This document shows, piece after piece, positions 1 to 10,582 of a DNA stretch of 64,000 nucleotides. Below the pieces are notes generated by a model. It ran no database searches. It was not told the origin of the DNA and saw nothing but the letters and a program-made list of their open reading frames with translations. This DNA is from Pelagibacteraceae bacterium AG-414-M23 (GTDB lineage Bacteria > Pseudomonadota > Alphaproteobacteria > Pelagibacterales > Pelagibacteraceae): positions 17,200-81,199 of the forward strand of contig QCLN01000002.1 of the NCBI GenBank assembly GCA_003214525.1, read 5' to 3'. Numbering within the stretch: the stretch's first letter is position 1; each line of letters starts with the position of its first letter. The translations under genes were made by a program, and so were the position numbers.

Positions 1-2
1 AA

Positions 3-647
3 ACAAAAATAGTTTTTTTAGCAAATCCAAACAATCCAACTGGGACTTACTTAAATAAGTCTGAATTAATTGTATTGAGAAAAAAATTAAATAAAAAAAT
101 TCTTTTAGTTATAGATGATGCCTACCATGAATATAACTTAAATAAGGATTACGTTTCTGGATTAGATTTATTTAAAAGATCAAAAAATGTTTTTATTTTA
201 AGAACATTTTCCAAGATATATGGACTTGCATCTTTGAGAATAGGCTGGGGGTATGGACACAAAAAAATTATAGATGCACTTTATAGAATTAAACCACCAT
301 TCAATGTAAATTTTTTTGCTGAAAAGTGTGCAACCAAAGCACTTTCGGATAAAGTATTTATAAAAAAATCTATAAGACATAATTTATTCTGGGGTAATAA
401 AATTAAAAAACTTTTTGAAAACTACAAAGTGTCTTCAAATATAATGGCATCAAATTTTTTATTATTAAATTTTAAAAATTGTAAAATTTCCTCAAAATCA
501 TTTATGAGTAAACTTTTAAAAAATAAAATTATTGTTAGAGGCATGAAAGAATATAAAATTAAAAATTCATTAAGATTAAGTATTGGAAACTCTTCAGAAA
601 ACAAGTATCTAGTAAAAATTATAAAAAAGATATTTAAAAATGTTTAA
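3..647 (+). CDS. hisC: Histidinol-phosphate aminotransferase, C-terminal part (5' end outside the window)
   Basis: Frame is open from position 3 (TKIVFLANPNNPTGTY). It has DDAY and the PLP-lysine motif RTFSKIYGLASLRIGW, and lies upstream of tyrA as in many alphaproteobacteria. Confidence 0.9.
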   Translation, partial: TKIVFLANPNNPTGTYLNKSELIVLRKKLNKKILLVIDDAYHEYNLNKDYVSGLDLFKRSKNVFILRTFSKIYGLASLRIGWGYGHKKIIDALYRIKPPFNVNFFAEKCATKALSDKVFIKKSIRHNLFWGNKIKKLFENYKVSSNIMASNFLLLNFKNCKISSKSFMSKLLKNKIIVRGMKEYKIKNSLRLSIGNSSENKYLVKIIKKIFKNV

Positions 648-1530
648 AAAAATTCTTATCATTGGATGTGGATTGATCGGATCTTCAGTATTAAGAGCTT
701 CTATTAATAAAAAGTTATCTAAAAAAATTTTTGTATTTGAAAGAAATAAAAAATATAGAAATCAAATTAAAAAAATCAACAAGAATATAATTCTAATTAA
801 TAAACTTGATAAAATTATACAAGAAATGAATTTTGTAATAATTGCCACTCCAATGAGTGAATACAAAAAAATCATACCAAAGCTAAATATATTTTTGAAA
901 CATGACACTTTAATTACAGATGTAGGATCAACTAGAAGTAATGTTGCAAAATTAATAAAAATGAAACTATCAAAAAAATTAAATTGGATAATGAGTCATC
1001 CTATTTCAGGATCTGAGGTAAGTGGCCCAAAACATGGTAACAAAAATTTGTTTAAAAATAAGTGGTGTATAATTATTAAAGATAAAAATAAAAATAAGTT
1101 AAAAAAAGTTATAAATTTTTGGAAAAAAATTGGATCAAAAGTCATTTTAATGAATCCAAAAGAGCATGATGAAGTATTCTCAGTTACCAGCCATTTGCCG
1201 CACTTGATTGCTTACAATTTAATTAAAACTGCTCAAGATTTCCAAAAAAAAGATAAGAAAAATATTATACAATTTAGCGCAGGAGGTTTGAGAGATTTTT
1301 CAAGGATTGCCGCATCCAATGAAATTATGTGGAGAGATATTTTTTTTAACAATGATAATATAATTAAAGCAATAAATTTATTTACTAAAAATTTAAACTC
1401 ATTCAAAAAAATAATTAAAAATAAAAATAATAAAAAACTATTGTCTAGATTGTCTAATTCCAAAAAAGTAAGAACACAAATTTTACAACTAAAACACGAT
1501 GTAGCAAAGCCAGATTTTGGAAGAGAATAA
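640..1530 (+). CDS. tyrA: Prephenate/cyclohexadienyl dehydrogenase
   Basis: GCGLIGSS Rossmann motif, TDVGS, HPISGSEVSG, HD...SHLPHL, GGLRDFSRIA. Confidence 0.9.
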   Translation: MFKKILIIGCGLIGSSVLRASINKKLSKKIFVFERNKKYRNQIKKINKNIILINKLDKIIQEMNFVIIATPMSEYKKIIPKLNIFLKHDTLITDVGSTRSNVAKLIKMKLSKKLNWIMSHPISGSEVSGPKHGNKNLFKNKWCIIIKDKNKNKLKKVINFWKKIGSKVILMNPKEHDEVFSVTSHLPHLIAYNLIKTAQDFQKKDKKNIIQFSAGGLRDFSRIAASNEIMWRDIFFNNDNIIKAINLFTKNLNSFKKIIKNKNNKKLLSRLSNSKKVRTQILQLKHDVAKPDFGRE

Positions 1531-1531
1531 T

Positions 1532-2260
1532 TTATATTCTACAAATTTTTTTTACTTTTAAATTTGCAGTTCTTTCTATTATTTTTATTGTTTTTTTTAT
1601 AGGCATTATAACAACTTTTTTTTTAGGTCCATAGGCATGAATTAATTTTTTTGAATTAATGCAAACTGCGACATGTCCCTTCCAATAAATAATATCACCA
1701 ATTTTAAATTTTTTTTTTTTTATTTTACCTTTTTTATATTTAATTTGTTTAACTGTGTCTCTAGGAAAAAATTTATTGTTAAATTTATAAAAAAGTTGGA
1801 CCAATGCTGAACAATCGATTCCCCGGTACGTCTTTCCTCCCCATTTATATTTACAATTTAAATATAATTTAAAAATTTTAACAAAATTTTTTTCATTTTT
1901 ATTTATAAAAGTTATATCTTTTTCCCTTATCCATTTATTTTTTTTAAACATTACATAATTCTTTTTTCTCTTTAAAATTTCAATTTGACTTGAAAACGGC
2001 AAAAAATTATTTGATTTATATATTCTAGTTTTTAAAACCTTTACTTTGTGTGTAGGTTTAATTTTATTAATAAGTTTTTTGCTTTTTATATAACCATGAT
2101 ATTTATCGTAAGATGTTTTTATTTTTAAAAAATTTTTTACTTTTCTTAAAACTTTAAATTTTTCACCATAAATAATTTGTGAGCTAATTTTAGAACTAAT
2201 TGAAGGATGTTCGAATATGTTTATACAGGGATATGTGCAGTAATAATTATTTTGCACCAA
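1532..2260 (-). CDS. NlpC/P60 (C40) peptidase with N-terminal SH3-like region and no signal peptide
   Basis: YKWGG, GIDCSAL (catalytic Cys), PRD, GHV and IHA (His residues). Confidence 0.85.
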   Translation of the reverse strand: MVQNNYYCTYPCINIFEHPSISSKISSQIIYGEKFKVLRKVKNFLKIKTSYDKYHGYIKSKKLINKIKPTHKVKVLKTRIYKSNNFLPFSSQIEILKRKKNYVMFKKNKWIREKDITFINKNEKNFVKIFKLYLNCKYKWGGKTYRGIDCSALVQLFYKFNNKFFPRDTVKQIKYKKGKIKKKKFKIGDIIYWKGHVAVCINSKKLIHAYGPKKKVVIMPIKKTIKIIERTANLKVKKICRI

Positions 2261-3620
2261 TTTTTATTTTATTTCTTATAAACCACAAACAAATCAAAGA
2301 AGGAATGACCATTATTGTTGTTATAACAAAAAATGTTCCCCAGTCTCCATTTAGCCAATCAACAAGAGCTCCCGAAGATGAAGCTAGAGTTGTTCTGCCA
2401 GCAGTTCCTATAGATGCAAGTAAAGCATATTGAGTGGCAGTATAAGTTCTATCAACTAATAACGAAATAAACGCAACAAATGCTACCGTTGCAAATGCAG
2501 CAGTAATATCGTCAGCAATCACTGCGATTGCGAACAATAATTCAGATTTACCTGTCCAAGCTAAAAGTGCAAAAAGAAGGTTTGTTAGAGCCATTAAGCC
2601 TCCAGCAAAGAACATTGTTTTTATTGTTCCTGCTCTCATTGCCATTATGCCGCCTAATAATGTAAAAACTACAGTTGTAATCCAACCAAGTCCTTTGGAG
2701 TAAATAGCAATCTGTCCTTTAGAAAATCCAATTTCTTTATAAAAAACAATAGACATACGACCAAGAAACGCTTCACCAATTTTAAATAAGAACACAAAAC
2801 CTAGTATTCCTGCAGCAATAGCAAATCCATTTTTTTTAAAAAAACTAATTATAGGTCCACCAATAGTTCCTGTAATGTAAGCAATAAAATTAGTTATAAT
2901 ATTGCTAGATCCAAGTTTTTCTTCAATTATTTTATCAGTCTCTCTTTGTTTTGCTTGTCTGTCGGTTTCAATTGGTTCATGAACAAACATCAGACCAATA
3001 TTCATTAAAATTATTACAACTCCTAAAACTAAAAAAGTAGCCTGCCAATAATCAGCAATACCCATATTTTCAAAATATTCTGCTGTAAATAAAGCTATAA
3101 CCCCTCCTAGTTTATAACCAGTCCACCAGCCAACTACTGCCATTGCAGCACCAGCTGCCATAGCCCTTCCTTCATTTGCATTAATTTGTTCAATCCTTAA
3201 AGCATCAACGGTTATGTCTTGAGTAGCAGATGCTATTGCAATAATTAATCCAACAGTAATTAATAGAGCTAAGTTTTGTGTTGGGTTTATAAAACTCCAA
3301 ACTAGCAAACTTAGTAAAATTGTAATTTGCATTAAAACAATCCATCCTCTTCTGTGGCCTAGTTTTTTTGTTAATAATGGTATTTGAATTCTATCGATTA
3401 TTGGTGCCCATAGATAATTGAAAGCATAAACACCAAATATTAAACCTGCCCATCCAATTGTTGATCTGCTTAAACCTTCTTCTTTTAACCAGAGGCTTAA
3501 ACTGCTTGCTATTAGCACCCACGGAAATCCACTTATTGCTCCAAGAAGCAATATTCTTACCATTCTAATATCCTTATAAACTAATATTGATTCTGACCAA
3601 CTTTGTTTTTTTTCTATCAT
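2247..3620 (-). CDS. ampG: AmpG-family muropeptide MFS permease
   Basis: SGFP, LWAPIIDR, GHRRGW, SATQDITVDALRIE, ATQYAL motifs. Start chosen at 3620 because of the TAATG overlap with trkH. Confidence 0.88.
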   Translation of the reverse strand: MIEKKQSWSESILVYKDIRMVRILLLGAISGFPWVLIASSLSLWLKEEGLSRSTIGWAGLIFGVYAFNYLWAPIIDRIQIPLLTKKLGHRRGWIVLMQITILLSLLVWSFINPTQNLALLITVGLIIAIASATQDITVDALRIEQINANEGRAMAAGAAMAVVGWWTGYKLGGVIALFTAEYFENMGIADYWQATFLVLGVVIILMNIGLMFVHEPIETDRQAKQRETDKIIEEKLGSSNIITNFIAYITGTIGGPIISFFKKNGFAIAAGILGFVFLFKIGEAFLGRMSIVFYKEIGFSKGQIAIYSKGLGWITTVVFTLLGGIMAMRAGTIKTMFFAGGLMALTNLLFALLAWTGKSELLFAIAVIADDITAAFATVAFVAFISLLVDRTYTATQYALLASIGTAGRTTLASSSGALVDWLNGDWGTFFVITTIMVIPSLICLWFIRNKIKIGAK

Positions 3621-5068
3621 TAGTATCTTCTCCAAAAAGATGGAATAAATAATACTATTATAGCAAATAGCTCAAGTCTACCTAAAATCATTCCAACAGT
3701 TAATATCCATTTAGAAAAATCTGGTAATAATGAAAAATTTCCGTTTGGTCCAATCATTCCACCTAAACCAGGACCAACATTTGATATTGATGTTGCGGCA
3801 CCTGAAACCGAAGTAATAAAATCTAATCCACTAATTGACAGTAGAGTAGTTATAATAAAAAAAATAATTATATATAGGAAAACAAACGATATTATTGAAG
3901 AGATAAACTTTTCATTTAAAACATTTTCTCCATATTTCAATACAAAAACACCTCTAGGATAAATATATTTTTTTAATTGTATAACAAAAAACTTATACAG
4001 AATATGAATTCTAAATATTTTAAGACCGCATGCAGTTGAGCCAGCACATCCGCCAATAAACATCAGTACTAAAAAAAATATTAATGGAAAACTACCCCAG
4101 TCACTATAATTTGTTGTTACATATCCTGTTCCTGTAAGAATTGATACGACATTAAATATAACTTGTCTTAACAAAAAAGATTCTGAATCATAATTTTTAA
4201 TTAATAAAAAAATAAAAATAATAACAACTGAAATAATAATAGTTTTTATAAAAAATTTTATTTGAGCGTCTTTATAAAAGACTTTTTTGTCGCCATTTAA
4301 ATATTTTATATAAGCTATAAAAGGAATGCTTCCTAAAATTATAAATATAATTGAATTTATTTCGATCAAAGCGCTATCAAAATGACCTATGGAGTCGTTG
4401 TAATTTGAAAAACCTCCAGTTGCTATTGTTGTCATAGAATGAGTTAAACTATCAAAATAATTCATGCCAAATATTTTATAGAATAGTGCACAAGTAAAAG
4501 TTAGCAATGAATAAATAACTATCAATCTTAATGAAACCTCTTTAGACTTTGGTAAAATTTTTTCTGCATTATCATTTGAAGAAACTTTAAATAATTGCAT
4601 GCCCCCAATATTCATAATTGGCATTAGAGTTATTGCCATAAGGATAATACCTATTCCTCCAAGCCATTGAAGTATAGCTCGCCATAAAAGTATTCCTTTG
4701 GGAGCATTATCAAGATCTGTTAAAATTGTAGATCCAGTTGTTGTAATTCCAGACATACTTTCAAAAAAAGCATCAGTAAAATTTAAATTCAATTCGGAAA
4801 ATATAAATGGCAACGAACCAAAAATAGCAATAGATAACCATGAAAGTGCAGTTAATATAAATGCTTGTGGTAGATCAATTTTTTTATCGTGATCTAAATT
4901 AGATAAAAAAAATAGTACTCCGAAAATTATAGTAATAATCGATGCTGATACAAATCCAGAGTCTAATTCGCTATAAATTAACTGAATTATTACAGGTATT
5001 AGCATAAATACCCCTAATATAATCTGGAGTGTGCCAAGAGTGTAAAAAACAGTTTTATAATTGTACAT
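3620..5068 (-). CDS. trkH: Trk potassium uptake membrane protein
   Basis: FESMSGITTTG, QWLGGIG, TIATGGFS, GGCAGSTACG, SNVGPG, MILGRLE. Confidence 0.93.
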   Translation of the reverse strand: MYNYKTVFYTLGTLQIILGVFMLIPVIIQLIYSELDSGFVSASIITIIFGVLFFLSNLDHDKKIDLPQAFILTALSWLSIAIFGSLPFIFSELNLNFTDAFFESMSGITTTGSTILTDLDNAPKGILLWRAILQWLGGIGIILMAITLMPIMNIGGMQLFKVSSNDNAEKILPKSKEVSLRLIVIYSLLTFTCALFYKIFGMNYFDSLTHSMTTIATGGFSNYNDSIGHFDSALIEINSIIFIILGSIPFIAYIKYLNGDKKVFYKDAQIKFFIKTIIISVVIIFIFLLIKNYDSESFLLRQVIFNVVSILTGTGYVTTNYSDWGSFPLIFFLVLMFIGGCAGSTACGLKIFRIHILYKFFVIQLKKYIYPRGVFVLKYGENVLNEKFISSIISFVFLYIIIFFIITTLLSISGLDFITSVSGAATSISNVGPGLGGMIGPNGNFSLLPDFSKWILTVGMILGRLELFAIIVLFIPSFWRRY

Positions 5069-5147
5069 TTTGCTTGGACATTATTTTATGGTAAATAAAA
5101 TTCAACATTTTAACAATCAATAAAACTGTTAAAATATCAACAAAAAC

Positions 5148-6725
5148 ATGAAACCATCGATTGATAAAACAATTATTGATAAAACAAATGCATGGCCATT
5201 TGTTGAAGCAAAAAAAATTCTTAGAGAAAGAAAACAATACATTGATAAAAAAAATAAAATAATTTTACAAACAGGATACGGACCAAGTGGACTACCTCAC
5301 ATAGGCACTTTTGGAGAAGTTGCAAGAACTTCAATGGTTGTAAATGCACTTAATCAATTAACCGATATTCCAAAAGAGATCATTACATTTTCTGATGATA
5401 TGGACGGCCTGAGAAAAGTGCCAGACAATGTTCCAAATAAAGATTTATTAGAAAAAAATTTAAATAAACCTCTTATGAAAGTTCCAGATCCATTTAATAA
5501 GTTTGGTAGCTTTGGTGAGCATAATAATGAAATGCTAAAAAAATTTCTTAACCAATTTGGATTTAAATATACATTTAAAAGTTCAACAGATCTTTATTCC
5601 TCTGGAAAATTTAACGATACTCTGAAATTAATTTTAAAAAATTATCAGGGTATTATGGATATAGTAATTCCCACACTTGGTAAAGAAAGACAAAAAACAT
5701 ATTCTCCATTTTTGCCAATGTGTCCAGAAACTGGAAAAGTTCTAGAAATACCAGTCATGGAAATTGATGAAAGTAATTCAAAAATTATTTTTGATAATAA
5801 TGGAAATAAGTTAGAAAAAAGTATTTTAAATGGAGAATGTAAACTGCAATGGAAAGTAGATTGGGCAATGAGGTGGTATGCATTAGATATAGATTTCGAA
5901 ATGTATGGAAAAGATTTAATTGAGAGTGCAATACTTTCTACTAAAATTATAAATTTATTAGGAAAAAGAAATCCATCAGGATTTGCATATGAATTATTCT
6001 TAGATGAAAAAGGTGAAAAGATCTCAAAATCTAAAGGAAATGGAATAACAATAGATCAATGGTTGGAGTTTGCATCGCCTGAAAGCTTGTCATTGTTTAT
6101 GTATCAAAATCCCAAAAGAGCTAAAAAACTTTACAAAGAAATTGTACCCAAGGCAGTTGATGAATATTTAGATTTTATAGACAAATCAAAAAATCAAGAT
6201 GATAAACAGATAATTTTAAATCCAGTATGGCATGTGCATAATGGGAAAGTTCCCAAAGAAGATATGATAATGACTTTTTCGATGCTTTTAAATCTAGTTG
6301 AGACAAGTAATGCAAATACAAAAGATTTATTGTGGAAATTTGTAAAAAAATACAAACCAAATATCAAAGAAGAAAACTTTCCTATTTTTGACAAATTGAT
6401 TGAATACTCAATTAAGTTCTTTAATCAAGCAATTAAAGAAAGTAAAAAATATAAAAAACCAAATTCAGATGAAAAAAAAGCTCTCGAACAATTAATAAAA
6501 GTGTTATCAGAGTGCAATGATAATATGTTGCCTGAGGAGATACAGACCAAAATTTATTCTGTTGGAAAAGAGAATGGATATCAAGATAATTTAAGAGATT
6601 GGTTTAAATTAATTTATGAAGTTGTATTTGGTGATGAAAATGGCCCAAGGCTTGGTTTCTTCATAAGCTTTTTTGGTATTCAAGAAACAAAAAAACTTAT
6701 TACAGAAAAAATTAATAATGTTTGA
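5148..6725 (+). CDS. lysS: Lysine--tRNA ligase, class I
   Basis: GPSGLPHIG (HIGH-like) and KISKSKGN (KMSKS-like); WKVDWAMRW. Confidence 0.95.
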   Translation: MKPSIDKTIIDKTNAWPFVEAKKILRERKQYIDKKNKIILQTGYGPSGLPHIGTFGEVARTSMVVNALNQLTDIPKEIITFSDDMDGLRKVPDNVPNKDLLEKNLNKPLMKVPDPFNKFGSFGEHNNEMLKKFLNQFGFKYTFKSSTDLYSSGKFNDTLKLILKNYQGIMDIVIPTLGKERQKTYSPFLPMCPETGKVLEIPVMEIDESNSKIIFDNNGNKLEKSILNGECKLQWKVDWAMRWYALDIDFEMYGKDLIESAILSTKIINLLGKRNPSGFAYELFLDEKGEKISKSKGNGITIDQWLEFASPESLSLFMYQNPKRAKKLYKEIVPKAVDEYLDFIDKSKNQDDKQIILNPVWHVHNGKVPKEDMIMTFSMLLNLVETSNANTKDLLWKFVKKYKPNIKEENFPIFDKLIEYSIKFFNQAIKESKKYKKPNSDEKKALEQLIKVLSECNDNMLPEEIQTKIYSVGKENGYQDNLRDWFKLIYEVVFGDENGPRLGFFISFFGIQETKKLITEKINNV

Positions 6726-7752
6726 AAAAATTAGATCTTTAATATTTAAATTTGATCCTGAAACAGCGCACGATTTAGCAATCAAAGCACTTAAAACCAA
6801 TATAATTCCAGTTAAAGCAAAAAGTTTTGATTGTTTAAAAGTTAAGTTTTTAAATAAAGAAATTCCAAATCCTATTGGTATAGCCGCAGGTTTTGATAAA
6901 AATGCCGAAGTATACAACTCTTTGTTTCAGTTAGGGTTTGGATTTGTTGAAGTAGGAACTATTACACCAGAACCTCAATTTGGCAATCCAAAACCAAGAG
7001 TATTTAGACTTGAAGAGGATGAAGCTTTAATCAACAGGCTTGGATTTAATAACATAGGATCAAAAAAAGTTACTTTAAATATTAAAAATAATTCTCCAAA
7101 AGGAATATTGGGAGTTAATATTGGACCAAATAAAGATACAAAAAATAGAATAGATGATTACTTAAAATGTTTTAGAGCTTTAAACAATCTAGGAGATTAT
7201 ATAACAATAAATATTTCATCTCCAAATACTGAAAATTTAAGAAGTTTCCATAATCCAAAAGAGTTAGAAGAATTATTAAATGTGTTGAATGAGGAAAAAA
7301 ATAAACTTAGCTCATCAATAAGTATTGCAGTTAAAATTGCACCAGATATTAAAATAAAAGATTTAGATGTAATTGGAAATATTCTTTTAACTAACAATAT
7401 AAAATTTGTAATTATTTCAAATACTTCAGATGGAACTAGAGAAAATTTAAAAAATATAAATAAATTTGAAAAAGGTGGTCTATCGGGAAAACCGATAGAG
7501 GAAAAATCAAATTTACTAATAAATGAATTTTATAAAAAATTTGAGAACAAAATTAAGATAATTGGAGTAGGAGGCATTGACTCTGGAAAAAGTGCCTATG
7601 AAAAATTTATATCTGGGGCAAGTTATGTACAATTATATACTGGTATGGTTTATCAAGGACCAAATATAGTAAATAAAATTTCTGAAGAATTGTATGAAAT
7701 TTTGAGTTCTGATGGGGTTAAAAATATTGAAGAAATAATTGGATCTAAGTAA
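6718..7752 (+). CDS. pyrD: Quinone-dependent dihydroorotate dehydrogenase (class 2)
   Basis: DPETAH, AAGFDKN, GNPKPRVFRL, NISSPNT, GGLSGKP. Start placed at the internal ATG 6718. Confidence 0.95.
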   Translation: MFEKIRSLIFKFDPETAHDLAIKALKTNIIPVKAKSFDCLKVKFLNKEIPNPIGIAAGFDKNAEVYNSLFQLGFGFVEVGTITPEPQFGNPKPRVFRLEEDEALINRLGFNNIGSKKVTLNIKNNSPKGILGVNIGPNKDTKNRIDDYLKCFRALNNLGDYITINISSPNTENLRSFHNPKELEELLNVLNEEKNKLSSSISIAVKIAPDIKIKDLDVIGNILLTNNIKFVIISNTSDGTRENLKNINKFEKGGLSGKPIEEKSNLLINEFYKKFENKIKIIGVGGIDSGKSAYEKFISGASYVQLYTGMVYQGPNIVNKISEELYEILSSDGVKNIEEIIGSK

Positions 7753-7760
7753 TTATAAAC

Positions 7761-7789
7761 TTGACTGAAAACTGTAGCTGAAATATACA
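7761..7789 (+). promoter_or_regulatory. Putative sigma70 promoter of rpmB
   Basis: TTGACT-N17-TATACA just upstream of rpmB. Confidence 0.5.
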
Positions 7790-7803
7790 TCACGAAATTA
7801 TTT

Positions 7804-8085
7804 ATGTCTAAAAAATGTGAACTCACTGGCAAAATACCTCTTAAAGGTCACAATGTTAGTCATGCTAATAATAAAACAAAGAGAAGGTTTTTGCCAAACT
7901 TAAAAAAAGTTAGATTTAAAAGCGAGTCATTAAATAAATTTTTGAAGCTAACTGTTTCTAATGCTGGCATGAGAACAGTTGATAAAAAAGGTAGCTTTGA
8001 TCAATTTCTAATTTCAGCAAAACAAAAAAACTTATCTTCAAGATTAAAAAAAATTAAAAAAATACTTTTAGCTAAGAGCGCATAA
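7804..8085 (+). CDS. rpmB: 50S ribosomal protein L28
   Basis: [10 protein letters not shown]...[19 protein letters not shown]. Confidence 0.97.
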   Translation: MSKKCELTGKIPLKGHNVSHANNKTKRRFLPNLKKVRFKSESLNKFLKLTVSNAGMRTVDKKGSFDQFLISAKQKNLSSRLKKIKKILLAKSA

Positions 8086-8105
8086 TTTCGGTATATTCAA
8101 CAAAA

Positions 8106-8654
8106 ATGAATAAAATAGTTCCGTTGCTATCTATAATTATGGGTACAGTTGTACTTGCTTCTAATTATTTAGTTCAATTTCCAATTCACTACTATGAGTT
8201 ATCCGAAATACTGACCTATGGTGCATTTACTTACCCAATAGCCTTTTTAATTACAGATTTAGCAAATAGATCTTACGGAAAAGAGATTGCAAAAAAAATA
8301 GTATATTTTGGTTTTTTTATTGGAATTTCATTTACTCTTTTTTTTTCAACAAACTTTTCAGACTTAATTTCAATACGGATTGCAATAGGATCAGGCACTG
8401 CATTTATTGTGTCACAAAGAATAGACATTTATGTATTTGATAAGCTTAGAAATAAATATTGGTTTATACCGCCCTTAGCATCGTCAGTAAACGGTTCGGT
8501 AATAGATACTTTTTTATTCTTTTCTATTGCATTTTATGCAACAGGCATACCTTGGTTTACACTAGCTATTGGAGATCTAGCAGTTAAATTATTTGTTGCT
8601 TTACTAATGTTGATACCATTTAGAATGCTACTGGGAGCTTTTAAACCAATTTAA
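8106..8654 (+). CDS. Queuosine precursor transporter (YhhQ/VUT family)
   Basis: SNYLVQ, TYGAFTYPIAFLITD, RIAIGSG.AF..SQ..D, DTFLFFSIAF; multi-pass membrane protein. Confidence 0.8.
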   Translation: MNKIVPLLSIIMGTVVLASNYLVQFPIHYYELSEILTYGAFTYPIAFLITDLANRSYGKEIAKKIVYFGFFIGISFTLFFSTNFSDLISIRIAIGSGTAFIVSQRIDIYVFDKLRNKYWFIPPLASSVNGSVIDTFLFFSIAFYATGIPWFTLAIGDLAVKLFVALLMLIPFRMLLGAFKPI

Positions 8655-8655
8655 T

Positions 8656-9534
8656 TTATTTAAGTAAAAATTTGTAAGACAAGATTTTATAGACAAGTTT
8701 TGCAACTAAAAAATTATAGCTGTTGAAACCTTTTATAGGTGCCAATTCATTAACATCAGCACCAACTATTTTTGAATTTTTACTTGCAATTTTAATTATT
8801 TCTAGAGCCTCATCCCAAAATATTCCTCCTGGCTCTGGGGTTCCAGTTGCTGGCATTATACTAGAATCTAAACCATCGACATCAAAAGTTATATAAACAT
8901 TTTTATTTTTTATTAATCTTTTAAATTTTTTAAAATCCCATTTTTTTTTGTCTTTTGCCCAGTAAATACTTATTCGTTTTTTGTTTTTATTTAATACTGA
9001 GATTTCCTCTGCAGATATATTTCTTATTCCAAAAGATATTACCGAAACATTCTTATAATCTATACATCTTTTAATTGCTGAAGCATGAGAAAATTTTTCT
9101 CCTGCATAACTTTCTCTTAAATCTGCATGAGCATCAAAATGTAAAAGTGTAATTTTTTTGTATCTTTTAACAAAAGGCTTAATACAACCTGGTGTGATTG
9201 AATGCTCACCTCCTAGAGTAATAGGGAATAGCTTACTATCCAATATTTCTTTATTAATATTTGCTATTTGATTAATAGCTTTATTTATATTTTTATTAAT
9301 TTTAAATGGCTTTAATGTTTTTATTCCAATTTTTTTAAATGGTTCACATTTTAATTCCTCATCATATAGCTCAACTTGATGTGATGCTTTAATTATTTCT
9401 TTTGGACCATTTTTTGTACCTCCACCATAACTTACAGTTTTTTCTAATCCAAAAGGAATTACTATAACCTTCTCTTTAAAATTAAATTTGTTATCAATTC
9501 CTAGAAAACCTTGCTTGTTAGTTAAATAATTCAA
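8656..9534 (-). CDS. speB: Agmatinase-family ureohydrolase
   Basis: GGEHS, DAHAD, SHA, DVDGLD...PATGTPEPGG, D.NEL. Probable TTG start at 9534, which avoids a long overlap with the upstream gene. Confidence 0.88.
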   Translation of the reverse strand: MNYLTNKQGFLGIDNKFNFKEKVIVIPFGLEKTVSYGGGTKNGPKEIIKASHQVELYDEELKCEPFKKIGIKTLKPFKINKNINKAINQIANINKEILDSKLFPITLGGEHSITPGCIKPFVKRYKKITLLHFDAHADLRESYAGEKFSHASAIKRCIDYKNVSVISFGIRNISAEEISVLNKNKKRISIYWAKDKKKWDFKKFKRLIKNKNVYITFDVDGLDSSIMPATGTPEPGGIFWDEALEIIKIASKNSKIVGADVNELAPIKGFNSYNFLVAKLVYKILSYKFLLK

Positions 9535-9538
9535 TTTT

Positions 9539-10582
9539 TTACCTAAAAATTTTAGAAAAATTCTTTCTTTTCCTGCTTTTCCACTCTGCCTTATGATATG
9601 CATCACTAGCAATTAAAGGAAGAACGCTAGTTGCTTCAGCAAAAACCATTTGCTCTTTTGTGACCTCTACCTTTCCCCATGAACTAGCCTCTTTTAATGT
9701 AGAACTACTACATGCTCCATCTCTTGAGTCTGCTACAGTAATTTGTACAGCGTACTTGTGCATATCAACATTTTTACCTAATAGTTCAGCACATATAACT
9801 GTATCTTGAATAAAGTTTTTTGGAACACCTCCACCAATCATAAATAAACCTGAGCCTTTAGATCTAATTTTAATTTCAGTTAATTCTCTGAATTCTCTAA
9901 CAGAATCTATGGTTATATGTTTTTTTGGATTTCTTTCTTGATGCATAACTAAACCAAATCCAGCACTAGAGTCTGTGAATGCCGGACAAAATATTGGTAA
10001 GTCATTATCATATGCTATTTCTATAAGTGAATCTTTTTTTTTAGCGTTTGATTTTAGATATTTTCCCATCTCATTAATAAACTCTCTAGATGTGTAACTT
10101 CTAGGCTCAAGTCCGTCAGCAATTTCACCGATAGTTTTATCACACATTTGAAGTTCATTTTCATCAATGTAAGTATCATAAATTCTATCGATATAATTAT
10201 CTCTTAGTTCAGTATCATTTTGGAATTGTGATCCTTGATAATGTTTAAATCCTAGTGCTTCAAAAAAATCCATATCTATTATAGATGCGCCAGTAGCAAC
10301 TATTGCATCAACCATGTTATATTTTACCATATCTCTATAAACATGCATGCAACCCGCAGCCGAAGTTGATCCCGCAAGAGTAAGAAAAATTGTACAGTCT
10401 TTATCTTTTAACATTTCGTTATATATCTTTGCTGCATTAGCAGTTTCTCTTGAAACAAAAGACATTTTTTCCATAGACAAAATAATATTTCTAGAGTCAA
10501 AAGAAGTTATATCTATATGTTCGACGGGCTTGCTTAAAAATTCTTTTTTGCTGTTATGACCTGGATTTTTTTTGTCAGACAT
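9539..10582 (-). CDS. Deoxyhypusine synthase-like protein (bacterial polyamine aminobutyl transferase)
   Basis: IDRIYDTYI, PAFTDS, IGGGVPKNF, DSRDGACSSSTLKEASSWGK (catalytic Lys). Confidence 0.9.
   Translation of the reverse strand: MSDKKNPGHNSKKEFLSKPVEHIDITSFDSRNIILSMEKMSFVSRETANAAKIYNEMLKDKDCTIFLTLAGSTSAAGCMHVYRDMVKYNMVDAIVATGASIIDMDFFEALGFKHYQGSQFQNDTELRDNYIDRIYDTYIDENELQMCDKTIGEIADGLEPRSYTSREFINEMGKYLKSNAKKKDSLIEIAYDNDLPIFCPAFTDSSAGFGLVMHQERNPKKHITIDSVREFRELTEIKIRSKGSGLFMIGGGVPKNFIQDTVICAELLGKNVDMHKYAVQITVADSRDGACSSSTLKEASSWGKVEVTKEQMVFAEATSVLPLIASDAYHKAEWKSRKRKNFSKIFR

Noticed and set aside
1707-1720. Long poly-T/poly-A tracts as phase-variation sites
   Set aside because: They are in-frame Lys codon runs, common throughout this AT-rich sequence, and no disrupted ORF was seen.
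9535-9612. Extended N-termini in the ORF track for speB (also ampG, pyrD, ibpA, groES, the J-domain protein and DUF3035)
   Set aside because: Downstream starts fit Shine-Dalgarno sites, stop/start overlaps and family N-termini better.
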